DNA of 64,000 nt from Nitrososphaerota archaeon. Its GTDB lineage: Archaea > Thermoproteota > Nitrososphaeria > Nitrososphaerales > UBA57. The stretch is from assembly GCA_016871995.1 (NCBI GenBank), contig VHBL01000003.1, positions 18,004 through 82,003 of the forward strand. The letters are read 5' to 3'. The position numbers and the translations under genes were made by a program. Under the pieces are notes generated by a model that saw only the letters and a list, made by a program, of their open reading frames with translations, searched no databases and had not been told where the DNA came from. Shown here piece by piece: positions 7,817-17,252 of the stretch; position 1 is the stretch's first letter, and each line of letters begins with the position of its first letter.

Positions 7817-8629
7817 ATGTCAGAATACAGAAGCACTATTGAAAAAGCATTCAGGAAACTCTATGCAGAGTTTTCAAGTGTCAGAAGCGATTCTAAAATT
7901 GCCAGTATTGTTGGAAGGGGTGCATCTGGAGACATAACGCATGTAATAGACGCCATGGCTGAAAAGATACTCATCGAATCCTTCAGAAAAGAAATGCCTG
8001 ATTGTACAATAGTTTCCGAAGAAATCGGCATCGTCAAAGGAAAGAACGATGCTCCAATTGTACTGATGGATCCAATAGATGGTAGCACCAACGCCGTTAG
8101 GGGCCTTCCCGTATTCTGCGCTACCGCAGGAATTCTTGAAGATAGAAGTTTCGGTAGCATGGAGGCTTCTGGCACAATCGACCTTGTCACCGGCGAAGTT
8201 ATTGTCGGAGATGAAGATGGTACGTATGTAAATGGAACAAAGGCAACTCTTAGCAAAGTTTCCAGACTGCAGGATGCCATAGTTTCGTACGAAGTCAAGG
8301 TCAGAGTCGAGAGACCGAAAAAGATGATCAGCAAGATGTACGAGCTCATCACCAAGACAAAGTATCCCCGGGTTCTTGGCTCTGCAGCCTTGGAGATTGC
8401 TTATGTTGCAATAGGGAGGATGGATGCATATGTCGCACCGGGGAACCAGCTCAGAAGCTACGACTGCCTTCCATCGATATTCTTGGTAAAGTCTGCAGGC
8501 GGCTTCGTTGAAGGGATTGGCCAAAACACTGATTCCGTAGATGTCATGTCAAGGGAGAGAGTTTCTTTTGTCGTTGCAGGAAACAGGACTCTCGGGAAGA
8601 TTCTCGCTAAAGAGTTTTCATCGCTATAG
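7817..8629 (+). CDS. suhB: Inositol monophosphatase / FBPase family protein
   Basis: 270 aa with the metal-binding motif LMDPIDGSTN and a family-typical length. Confidence 0.8.
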   Translation: MSEYRSTIEKAFRKLYAEFSSVRSDSKIASIVGRGASGDITHVIDAMAEKILIESFRKEMPDCTIVSEEIGIVKGKNDAPIVLMDPIDGSTNAVRGLPVFCATAGILEDRSFGSMEASGTIDLVTGEVIVGDEDGTYVNGTKATLSKVSRLQDAIVSYEVKVRVERPKKMISKMYELITKTKYPRVLGSAALEIAYVAIGRMDAYVAPGNQLRSYDCLPSIFLVKSAGGFVEGIGQNTDSVDVMSRERVSFVVAGNRTLGKILAKEFSSL

Positions 8630-8660
8630 GGGAAGGTTAATTGCGTAGTCCGATTTCTCC

Positions 8661-9119
8661 GTGCTAAAAGGGAACTCTATGGAAGAGCGCTCAGCAGGTG
8701 CGGTGCTGTTCAGGAGGGAGAATGGGGCAGAGATGTTTCTGCTTTTGCATTACCCTGCTGGACACTGGGACTATCCAAAGGGGAACATAGAGAGGGGAGA
8801 GCAGGAACTGGAAACTGTGCGCAGGGAGATCAAGGAAGAAACAGGGATTGAAGATATCGTCATAATCGATGGCTTCAAGAAAGTCATTGAATACAACTAC
8901 AAGAGGGATTCTGCCTTTGTCCACAAGAAAGTTTCCTATTATGTTGCTGAATGCAAGACTTCCAGTGTGACGATATCTTTTGAGCACAAAGGGTATCAGT
9001 GGCTTGGCTACGATGCAGCTATGAAGAGGCTTACCTTCAAAAATGCTAGGATCGTCTTACAGGCAGCCTACGAGTTCCTCAAGAAATCGGAACCCAAGAC
9101 TCTCGACAGATACGTCTAG
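8661..9119 (+). CDS. NUDIX hydrolase
   Basis: The Nudix box is GHWDYPKGNIERGEQELETVRREIKEETGI. The start is GTG 8661 or ATG 8679. Confidence 0.8.
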   Translation: MLKGNSMEERSAGAVLFRRENGAEMFLLLHYPAGHWDYPKGNIERGEQELETVRREIKEETGIEDIVIIDGFKKVIEYNYKRDSAFVHKKVSYYVAECKTSSVTISFEHKGYQWLGYDAAMKRLTFKNARIVLQAAYEFLKKSEPKTLDRYV

Positions 9120-9822
9120 CAGCTTCTCTAGGGTCTTCTGCTTCTATTATCGTTCTTCCGACGATCAGGAAATCGCTGCCGGCTTTGATAGACTTCTTTG
9201 CGTCCCCTCCCTGAGCACCTATACCAGGAGAGAAGATCAAGATCTTCTTTGGCAGCATCTTTCTGACTCCTGCTATCTTCTCTGGAGAGGTTGCTCCAAC
9301 GACGACTCCGGCAGCCTTCCATGCTATTGCCCTTGCTACGAACACCTCGAAGACTCTCCTTTTTGAGCTTAATGTCAAGCCGTAGCCGTCTTTGGCTGCT
9401 GGATGGCTCATGTATGTTAGCAGGATTATCCCATTACTAGTTTTCTTTGCAACTTTGAACGCAGCATCAAGTGCTCCGTCATAGCCGACGAAGGGGTTCG
9501 CTATTACCGCATCGAAACCCGCATCAAAAAGAATCTTCACTGCTGCTTCGTTGGTGCTCCCTATGTCGTTCAGCTTGATGTCCGCTATAGTCTGGAGATC
9601 TCTATTATGAGCAGCTTTGTTGATCTTTGATATGTCGTCTGAGCTGAGCGGAAGCAAGAGGTGGAAGTTCACCTTTACTGCGGATATGTAGGGTACAGTT
9701 TTTTCTATCAAATCTATTGCATGCTTTTGCAGATGGCTCTGGTCAGCGATGTCAAGTGCCAATACAATTCTGCTGTAATGTTTCTCTGCTGATCCAAGTA
9801 TTCTGCTTGAAAAATCACTCAA
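9079..9822 (-). CDS. pyrF: Orotidine 5'-phosphate decarboxylase
   Basis: IVLALDI, KVNFHLL and ADIKLNDIGSTN are OMP decarboxylase signatures. Confidence 0.85.
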   Translation of the reverse strand: MSDFSSRILGSAEKHYSRIVLALDIADQSHLQKHAIDLIEKTVPYISAVKVNFHLLLPLSSDDISKINKAAHNRDLQTIADIKLNDIGSTNEAAVKILFDAGFDAVIANPFVGYDGALDAAFKVAKKTSNGIILLTYMSHPAAKDGYGLTLSSKRRVFEVFVARAIAWKAAGVVVGATSPEKIAGVRKMLPKKILIFSPGIGAQGGDAKKSIKAGSDFLIVGRTIIEAEDPREAARRICRESWVPIS

Positions 9823-9824
9823 TT

Positions 9825-10511
9825 CTACAAATCTACCATCGGATGCTTGTTTGCCAGCTTGATGACCTTGATGAATGCGTAGCCGTGTTCCTCTATTTTG
9901 TTAGTGAATGAAGTTCCGTCCGTCTTCTGCATGGAATATTTCAGGAAACTCTCTGGAGCTGCATCCAGCCTGACGAAGAAGAATAGCGATGCTTCTTCAT
10001 AGTCATCAATTCTTGCAAATGCACCTGCAACCCATTTTTTGTTCGTCTCGAACGCGTATAGCGGTATGGGAGGCTCCTCGAATATCATTTTGTACGAGCT
10101 GATCTTTGCAAGGCTTGGGAGGTCTGAAACTTCCATCGAGAGAAACTTGTCCTTGATTTCTTGCCCAGAATAAAGTGCTTTCTCAAAAGGTGCTGGCATC
10201 TTCTTGATGGCTATGATCGGGGCATATACGAAGGTCGGGTTATTGGCAGAATCTGTCAGGAGAGCTTCTTCAGTGCCGTAAAGGTTTCTGTATCCAAGAT
10301 GGGCTTTTCTTTCCTTGCTCTTTGTGTAATAGAATATGGGCCTGCCCATGAAGAGGTCAAATTGTACTGATAAGACGATCTCTCTTTCTGATTCTATCGC
10401 AAAGACTGGTAATGGCGCTCTCTCTATTGCACAAGCAAGCCTAGCAAGGTCTTTGATGCCTGCAAGCTCCACAAAGCACGGAGGCTTGGTCTCTTTATCT
10501 GGCTTTGACAC
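9825..10511 (-). CDS. Hypothetical protein, co-directional with and abutting pyrF
   Basis: 228-aa ORF with a 2-nt gap to pyrF. No motif recognised. Confidence 0.5.
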   Translation of the reverse strand: MSKPDKETKPPCFVELAGIKDLARLACAIERAPLPVFAIESEREIVLSVQFDLFMGRPIFYYTKSKERKAHLGYRNLYGTEEALLTDSANNPTFVYAPIIAIKKMPAPFEKALYSGQEIKDKFLSMEVSDLPSLAKISSYKMIFEEPPIPLYAFETNKKWVAGAFARIDDYEEASLFFFVRLDAAPESFLKYSMQKTDGTSFTNKIEEHGYAFIKVIKLANKHPMVDL

Positions 10512-10622
10512 GAGCTAAGTTCTCTTACTGCTCGTTAAATAAGTTTGGGAATACAGCAGTTTGTTATAAAATAGAAAAGTTGAAGGTTCAGAAAAGTGGC
10601 ATAGAGTTAACTATGTGATAAA

Positions 10623-12122
10623 TTGCTCGGGGAAAGAATAATGATCCCAGCACAAAATCAGAAGATGGATCGCTCGGCATGGATGACGCTTTCCGTCCTA
10701 AGTTGCTTGGGGCTGGTAACTTTGTACGGCGAAACGATGGTGCTGCCAGCGATACCTGATTTTATTAGTGACTTCAATATTACATACAATACATCGTCTT
10801 GGATACTCACTGCGTTCCTGATAGCAGGAGCAGTCATGACTCCTATTGCTGGCAAGCTGTCAGACATCTACGGCAAGAAGAGAGTCTTGCTTACAGTGTT
10901 GGCCATCTATTCTGGAGGGTTATTGATAGCAGGGTTTGCTAACAGCATAGAGATCATGATCGCTGCAAGGGTTGCGCAAGGTGTAGGTTTCTCCATGTTT
11001 CCAATAGCCTTCGGAATCGTCAGGGAAGTTCTTCCTATACAGAAACTTGCAATGGGCCAGACGATCTTCGGCTCAACATTTTCTGGCGGGGCTGTAGTAG
11101 GTCTTCTCGTAGGAGGAATCATAATTCAGAACTATGGATGGCACTTTACTTTCTTCTCAGTCTTTCCCGTTGCCGTAATAATTGGGCTTTTGATCCTTAA
11201 ACTCGTTCGCACTAGTCCGCCAGTCTTTAACATGCCGGGAAAAGTAGAGGGGAACCCGAACAAGTCGCTCGATCTTAAAGGAACAGTTGCATTGGCTTCT
11301 ACAGTCACATTCTTTCTAGCAGGGATTTCCGTTTTGGAGGGCAGCATCTCTGAATCGGTTATAGGTCTTGACATAATCGGACTATTTGCAGTCGCAGTGA
11401 TTTCGTTGGGGCTGTTCATGGTCATTGAAAAGAAAACGTCCGTACCTTTGATTGATTTTAAGTTGATAACTCACAGAATGCTCCTTCCTACCACTATAAT
11501 ACTGATGCTCGTAGGTCTCTGCACCTTCATGGTCTACCAGACGATACCGATTCTGATAAGGAGCCCGAAGCCATTTGGGTTTGGAGGTGATGCGATCGTC
11601 ACTGCCGGCGTGCAGCTTCCATTCATGATAGTTCTCCTAATTGGAACAATAGGGTCAGGTCTTGTACTAAACAGACTTGGCAATCTAAGATTAACGGTAG
11701 TAGGAACTTCCTTGAGCATGATAGGATTCTTCAGCCTGCTTGTATTCCATCAATCAGAATTGATGGTTACCATAACTCTGTCCATAATAGCTGCAGGATT
11801 GTCACTCGCCTTTACTGGCGGCTTCAACATAGTGCTGGTATCTGCACCAGTACAATCAACTGGGATAGCTCTTGGCATGACCCTGCTTCTTAACTTGATA
11901 GGGCAGTCCGTTGGACCAACGGTAGCAGCAATCTTTCAGCAAACCTATCAAGGGAGCATAGAGGGAGTTGGCAGATTTCCTACAGCCGAGGCGTATAACA
12001 TGATATTCCTTACAGCTGCTATAATTTCACTTACATCAGTTGTCCTTGCATTGACATTAAGCAGAAGGAAAGTTGCTCCAATTCCTGCTGGTAGTGGTCA
12101 CACAATGCCTACAAGTTCCTAG
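10623..12122 (+). CDS. MFS transporter (14-TM DHA2-like)
   Basis: Roughly 14 hydrophobic segments and the MFS loop motif GKLSDIYGKKRV. Confidence 0.85.
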   Translation: MLGERIMIPAQNQKMDRSAWMTLSVLSCLGLVTLYGETMVLPAIPDFISDFNITYNTSSWILTAFLIAGAVMTPIAGKLSDIYGKKRVLLTVLAIYSGGLLIAGFANSIEIMIAARVAQGVGFSMFPIAFGIVREVLPIQKLAMGQTIFGSTFSGGAVVGLLVGGIIIQNYGWHFTFFSVFPVAVIIGLLILKLVRTSPPVFNMPGKVEGNPNKSLDLKGTVALASTVTFFLAGISVLEGSISESVIGLDIIGLFAVAVISLGLFMVIEKKTSVPLIDFKLITHRMLLPTTIILMLVGLCTFMVYQTIPILIRSPKPFGFGGDAIVTAGVQLPFMIVLLIGTIGSGLVLNRLGNLRLTVVGTSLSMIGFFSLLVFHQSELMVTITLSIIAAGLSLAFTGGFNIVLVSAPVQSTGIALGMTLLLNLIGQSVGPTVAAIFQQTYQGSIEGVGRFPTAEAYNMIFLTAAIISLTSVVLALTLSRRKVAPIPAGSGHTMPTSS

Positions 12123-12124
12123 TG

Positions 12125-12397
12125 CTACTCTTCGTCTTCTTCCTCTTCGATCTTAACAGACAGCACCTTGATGGTATCTCCGTCTACGGAAATTCTATGG
12201 TCTTCCCTGCTCTTGTTTACATGAAGGAACCTCTTCAGATAAGTCTTGACATCAGATTTCCTGACCTCTCCTTCAACCGAAACCTTATCGTCCGATGCAG
12301 AGGATTTTATCCCAGCCTTTTCTTCGAGAAACTTCACTAGGTCTGCTGACTTGTCCTTGAGGTCGCCGAGCTGTATCTCCATGGCTTTATTCGCCAT
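12125..12397 (-). CDS. Small protein with acidic tail, resembling ribosomal protein eL22
   Basis: 90 aa. [30 protein letters not shown] and the C-terminal EEEEDEE align by eye with remembered human RPL22 ([40 protein letters not shown]). Confidence 0.5.
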   Translation of the reverse strand: [90 protein letters not shown]

Positions 12398-12677
12398 AGT
12401 TTTCGCATTATAACCATTTCCTAGCTTAAAGTAGTATACTCTACCAACCGGGATAATTGTGTTGCAACAACGTATAAGATGTATGAGGGATGGTCACTTT
12501 TTCACACGTAGGATATATTTTGTTAGTAATTTTTGAGTTCAAGTAGGTAGGGGGCTCATTATACAAGCAAGCTTTTCAGCAGATTAGTCAATAGCAATGA
12601 CCTAAAAATATTTTACAAAAGAGCTGTAATAAAAACAGCCGAACAGTTGATAAGTCTCCTAGTACTATTATCAGGTA

Positions 12678-13127
12678 ATGCCCCTGCAGGACAACTATTC
12701 TCGGATGTACCATCTGATAGTTTCCGCGCACGGAGATGGTCTGTCGCAAAGAACCCTGCTGGACATGATGAAACTCAGGAGCAACCAAGTTTCCAAAATA
12801 GCCCTTAAACTAGAAAGGAGCGGCCTAGTGAAGAGGGAGAAGGCCCTTGAAGATGGGAGATGGACATACATTCTGAAAGCGGTCGATGCGATTAGCCTCG
12901 GGCCCTACGAATCTATGCCATGTATAACCTGCCCCTACGAAGATAAATGTAGGCCTGACGGTATAATATCTCCGCAGATCTGCGCCCTTGAAACCTATCA
13001 AAGAGGAATAGCACAGTGGGTGCTTGAAGAATTTGAGGGGGAGAAGAAGATCAGAACCATGCAAAAGGCTGTTGTAGAAGTAGCTCAGAAAGATGCAAAG
13101 AAAAACATTAAAATTTCAAATCGATAG
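12678..13127 (+). CDS. Winged-helix protein with Cys4 cluster, TFE-beta / RPC34-like
   Basis: The wHTH is LSQRTLLDMMKLRSNQVSKIALKLERSGLVKRE, followed by CITCPYEDKCRPDGIISPQIC (C-x2-C-x6-C-x10-C). Confidence 0.5.
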   Translation: MPLQDNYSRMYHLIVSAHGDGLSQRTLLDMMKLRSNQVSKIALKLERSGLVKREKALEDGRWTYILKAVDAISLGPYESMPCITCPYEDKCRPDGIISPQICALETYQRGIAQWVLEEFEGEKKIRTMQKAVVEVAQKDAKKNIKISNR

Positions 13128-13170
13128 CAAAAAGGTGCAGTTTTTATCTAACTTATTGCATATTATATCC

Positions 13171-13299
13171 ATGGCTCAAGAATCTATCTCCCGATGCAAA
13201 GACTGCGGGGAGGAGATAATCTGGATACGTACAGAACTGGGCAGGTTTGTACCATTTAACCTGTCTGGAACAATACACATCTGCCCAGCAAAGAAATGA
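13171..13299 (+). CDS. Possible 42-aa zinc-binding mini-protein
   Basis: MAQESISRCKDCGEEIIWIRTELGRFVPFNLSGTIHICPAKK carries C-x2-C and H-x-C. ATG 13171 lies within ORF 13093..13299. Confidence 0.3.
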   Translation: MAQESISRCKDCGEEIIWIRTELGRFVPFNLSGTIHICPAKK

Positions 13300-13415
13300 T
13301 TCGACGATTGCCGAAGGTATAAGGGCACAGAGCTAACCTTTAATCCCAGGAATTATACTACATGTCATGAGTACAGTGAGAAAATACTCTGCTGTATCAA
13401 AAAGGAGGCAAACCT

Positions 13416-13646
13416 GTGCCTAAAGCTTTCGTTCTAGTTACGTCTGAGCTAGGAAAAGAAGGTGAGGTACTGGAAAGCTTGAAGAAGATTCAGGGGATAA
13501 AGGAAGCGCACAACCTTTACGGGGTATACGATGTGATAGCACAAATAGAATGCGCTAACGAAGCCGATCTCCGGAATATCGTTACTAACAGGATACGGAA
13601 CGTTGGCAACGTAAGAACAACAATGACCTTGATGGTTGCAGAGTAA
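13416..13646 (+). CDS. Stand-alone Lrp/AsnC ligand-binding (RAM) domain protein
   Basis: 76 aa. The pattern AFVLV...V...L..I.GI.EAH.LYG.YD.I reads like an AsnC C-terminal domain. Confidence 0.65.
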   Translation: MPKAFVLVTSELGKEGEVLESLKKIQGIKEAHNLYGVYDVIAQIECANEADLRNIVTNRIRNVGNVRTTMTLMVAE

Positions 13647-13696
13647 TTTTTGGGCCTTACTGCAACGTTTTTCATTTAACGTTTCTAACACAATGC

Positions 13697-14431
13697 GTGC
13701 GACATAGAAGCCTCGGACAGCATTTCATTGATGATGAAGAAATCCTGAAGAGAATGGTTGCACTAGCACAGATACAGCATAGTGACAGAGTTCTTGAAAT
13801 AGGCGCTGGCAAAGGTTCACTTACAAAAGAGCTCTGCAGAACTGGGGCAAAGGTAACATCTTATGAGATAGATAGGAGGTTGTTTCCAGAACTGGAATCT
13901 AAATTCGTCAATATTAGCAATGTACGATTGATAAATGGTGACGCTTTCAAAAGGGATATCATCTTTGATGTTTTAGTAGCAAACCTGCCATACTCTAGAT
14001 CTGAAGAATTTATCAAATGGCTCGTATTCAGGGATTTTAGAATCGTTGTAGTCATGCTGCAAAGTGATTTTATCAATAAAATACTGTCCCGGTCTGGAAA
14101 GAACTATAGGGCAGTTTCCGTGATAGCGCAATACTGCTTCTCAATTGAAAGAGTGATGGAGGTTCCAGCATACCGGTTTAAGCCACCACCAAAAGTTTCT
14201 TCGAATGTCGTTATAATCAAAAGAAAACCAGTTGCTCCAACAAAAGGCGAGATAAACGCACTGAAGTATCTATGGTCTTTCAAGGGCAAAACGATTGCTT
14301 CAGCCCTCAAGGCTCTTGAAAAGAAGACCGGTAAATACCTAGCAATATCAGAAGTTCCAGAGAAAAGGATTACAGATTTATCGCCAGAGGAAGCGTTCAA
14401 GGTTGTCGGAATAATTGAACAAGCGAATTAA
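13697..14431 (+). CDS. rsmA: 16S/18S rRNA dimethyladenosine transferase (KsgA/Dim1)
   Basis: SLGQHFIDD, EIGAGKGSLT and ANLPY motifs. Confidence 0.85.
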   Translation: MRHRSLGQHFIDDEEILKRMVALAQIQHSDRVLEIGAGKGSLTKELCRTGAKVTSYEIDRRLFPELESKFVNISNVRLINGDAFKRDIIFDVLVANLPYSRSEEFIKWLVFRDFRIVVVMLQSDFINKILSRSGKNYRAVSVIAQYCFSIERVMEVPAYRFKPPPKVSSNVVIIKRKPVAPTKGEINALKYLWSFKGKTIASALKALEKKTGKYLAISEVPEKRITDLSPEEAFKVVGIIEQAN

Positions 14432-14969
14432 TTCAGAAACATACAGAGCTGCAGAAGATTCCTTTCTGCTAGCAGATGCACTAGAGGGGCAGCACTATGA
14501 TAACGCTGTTGAAATTGGCGTGGGAGAAGGTTTTGTGACCACAGCACTTGCACGGAATTGCAAGAATGTTGTAGGAACTGATATTGACATTAATGCAATG
14601 AAGAAAACTAGAGAGAGGCTCCTTAGAGGAGGTTTGACAGAAAAAGTCAATCTGATACTCTGCGACGGTGCAAGCCCTCTCTTTGGTAAATTTGATTCAT
14701 GCGTCTTTAACCCTCCATACTTGCCTAGTGATGTGGATGACATTGCTGTCGCAGGAGGAAAAGAAGGTATTGAAACCACGACCAAATGGTTCGATCAATG
14801 CATCCAGCTGCTAAAGCCTGATGGCAGCATAATATTTGTCGCATCCAGTTTATCGAACCTGAGTAGTCTTTTAAAACATGTTCAGAAAAAAGGATTTCAT
14901 GCTAACATCTTAGCAAGGAAGAAGTTCTTCTTTGAGGAGATTATCCTCATGCAGGCAAAGCGTGGTTAG
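14415..14969 (+). CDS. HemK/Mtq2-like N5-glutamine methyltransferase
   Basis: The N-terminus YRAAEDSFLL, the SAM motif EIGVGEGF and the NPPY motif (FNPPYLP). Confidence 0.75.
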   Translation: MNKRINSETYRAAEDSFLLADALEGQHYDNAVEIGVGEGFVTTALARNCKNVVGTDIDINAMKKTRERLLRGGLTEKVNLILCDGASPLFGKFDSCVFNPPYLPSDVDDIAVAGGKEGIETTTKWFDQCIQLLKPDGSIIFVASSLSNLSSLLKHVQKKGFHANILARKKFFFEEIILMQAKRG

Positions 14970-14971
14970 TC

Positions 14972-15709
14972 GTGCAGATTAGTATAGCGCTCGTAGAACC
15001 CAGCTACCCGATAAACGTAGGATATGCTGCACGAGTTATCAAAAATTTCGGATACAAGAAACTTATTCTAGTCAATCCAAAGTTTGACATGCAAGCAGCA
15101 TGGAAATTTGCTTCCCACGCTGTAGACATTCTGAAATGTGCTGAGGAGTGTGCCTTTGATGAATTGATCAAAAAGGAAGATTACGTTGTAGGCACAACAG
15201 CAATTTCAGCAAAGAGAGAAGGTAATCTTACTCGCCAAACAGTACCTCCATGGGAAATAATCAATATGGTGAGCGGAAACAAAATCTGTCTTGTATTCGG
15301 TAGGGATACAACAGGACTAACGAATGAAGAAATAACTAAATGCGACCTAATTGTCAAAATTCCTGCAAGCAGAAAATACCCAACACTGAACATTAGTCAT
15401 GCAATAGCCATAATCCTTTACGAAATCTCAAAATCCACCTTGAAAAACAAGCCATTTACCCCAAGAGTCTCAGTTGACAAAATAGCTGCAGACTTTACTG
15501 AACTTGCACTTATTGCAGGCGTTCAAGAGTACAAAGTCAAGATCATGAAAGAGGCTCTGCGTAGAATTCTGCGTAGGAGCAAGCCTACTCAGCGGGAATC
15601 TTCGTTACTTGTGGGCCTCCCAAGAAAGATAAAACTCGCACTGGAAAAGCCAGAAGTTATTCGTTTGGACAGGTTCAAGGCTTCTCCAAAAGAAGAATTC
15701 CGCGAATAA
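14972..15709 (+). CDS. SpoU/TrmH-family RNA 2'-O-methyltransferase (TrmJ-like)
   Basis: LVFGRDTTGLTNEE and PTLNISHAIAIILYE are SPOUT motifs. Confidence 0.8.
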   Translation: MQISIALVEPSYPINVGYAARVIKNFGYKKLILVNPKFDMQAAWKFASHAVDILKCAEECAFDELIKKEDYVVGTTAISAKREGNLTRQTVPPWEIINMVSGNKICLVFGRDTTGLTNEEITKCDLIVKIPASRKYPTLNISHAIAIILYEISKSTLKNKPFTPRVSVDKIAADFTELALIAGVQEYKVKIMKEALRRILRRSKPTQRESSLLVGLPRKIKLALEKPEVIRLDRFKASPKEEFRE

Positions 15710-16865
15710 CTTTTTGCTCTTGGGTATATCGAGCTAATATTGGGAAAGTAAAACTCTCGAGTCTCACCATCTGGAGATTAATTCCCTCGAGTAATTGCTG
15801 GATATCGAAACCAGCCTTTTTTCTTGTAGATAGACGGATATAGGGAACTACCAGAGCAATTTTTGCACCTCTCCTCAAAACATATTCCGCACCTTTTAGG
15901 AACTCCCTGTATATCTTGAAAGAGTCAAGTAGCATGTCTTTAGCTTCTTCTTCGGATGGAAACCTTGCTAGAGCCGGAAGGAGTACAGGTTCCGTAGCTA
16001 TAGCATCAATAGTCTCCCTACCAAGAAAAAACAGATTTCTTGCGTCAGCACGTTGAAATCTAGTATGGATGTTTTTTGGTATTCTGCCAGTGTTTCTTAA
16101 CCAATTGATGTTCTGAATTGCACCCTTGATTTTCTGCGAATCCTTGTCAAATCCCATTACATCTATGTTCAAGATTGCAGCTTCCATTAGTATAGTGCCT
16201 GTCCCGCAGAAGGGATCCAGCAACGTTTGCCCTTCATTCAGCATGGTCATATTGACAAGCATCCTAGCGATTCTTGGAGGGAGACTTATCGTTGAGTTCT
16301 GATATGGTCTCTTCAAGTCCCTCTCCTGAAACGTTGCACTTGGTATCGTCGCTGTTGTTATAGCTAGAAATAATGCATTCTTTGATTTCAGGAGCTGGAC
16401 GTCAATTACATCATTTTCTGTGACTATGCCTGAAGACAGCTCACGTATGCCTTCATTAACGCTTGTAATGTCAGGTAGAACCTTCTTTGCCTTGCGTGCT
16501 CCAGCCTCCCTAACCTTTTTTCCAACTATGTTCTGAACATCTTGCACAAAATCAACACCAATGCCGTTGTTGATCCCATAGAGGCTTAACCCCCAAGACG
16601 CTTTCTCATCAAGCCATTCAAACATCTTTGCTCTATAGAGTTTTTCTATGAATGAGTTTTCATCTTGTGCCGTTGATACTATTTTACCTATTTTGAATGA
16701 GCCTCCAAGATATTTCACGATCCTATCCACATCATCAGTTTCTACTATGCAGAAACTATTTTCAAAATATTCTACCGTATGTTCTACTCTTAACTTCCCC
16801 AGAACCGTCATAAGTTCTAGCCTTGACAATTCTCCATTAGCAAATATCACAGAGAACTTTCCCAT
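15675..16865 (-). CDS. RNA (guanine-N2) methyltransferase, Trm11/Trm14-like
   Basis: The LLDPFCGTGTILMEAA SAM motif follows an N-terminal RNA-binding-like region. 396 aa. Confidence 0.65.
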   Translation of the reverse strand: MGKFSVIFANGELSRLELMTVLGKLRVEHTVEYFENSFCIVETDDVDRIVKYLGGSFKIGKIVSTAQDENSFIEKLYRAKMFEWLDEKASWGLSLYGINNGIGVDFVQDVQNIVGKKVREAGARKAKKVLPDITSVNEGIRELSSGIVTENDVIDVQLLKSKNALFLAITTATIPSATFQERDLKRPYQNSTISLPPRIARMLVNMTMLNEGQTLLDPFCGTGTILMEAAILNIDVMGFDKDSQKIKGAIQNINWLRNTGRIPKNIHTRFQRADARNLFFLGRETIDAIATEPVLLPALARFPSEEEAKDMLLDSFKIYREFLKGAEYVLRRGAKIALVVPYIRLSTRKKAGFDIQQLLEGINLQMVRLESFTFPILARYTQEQKVIRGILLLEKP

Positions 16866-17252
16866 TGTCTATTTTGCCCACTATGCACGAATCAAGGGTT
16901 ATGATAACTCTTCGCGTGCACACAACTTATGAGTTAACAGCAAACAACTAAACGGTCAGTTAATTTGTCATCCTAAATCTTAGTCATGGCCTTAAGAGCA
17001 ATGGTCCAGTTGACTTGATCACCTTGTTATCATCATGCCAGTATTTTCTCCTTGAATAACCTGACCAATATGGTGGCGGGCCCCACCAGGTCAGCCAAAA
17101 TATTGGCAATCACGCTATAGAACCAAAAACATTGTATCTGGGCGGGGCTACCACTTTTAACCTTTGAAAATCTCTTCGACAAAAGGCTAATCTAACATAT
17201 TTGATGCTCTGACTTATATCAAAGGACATTAAAACGCGCATAGTGCAGAATA

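Noticed and set aside
7861-8524. Long antisense ORFs (164 and 216 aa) inside the IMPase-family gene
   Set aside because: The plus-strand gene carries the diagnostic DPIDGSTN motif, and the antisense products have no recognisable features.
16956-17036. Possible C/D-box sRNA on the minus strand (ATGATGA ... AGGATGA ... CTGA)
   Set aside because: At 81 nt it is long for an archaeal C/D sRNA. No D' box sits at the proper 12-nt spacing, the C'-to-D spacer is only 8 nt, and there is no terminal stem.
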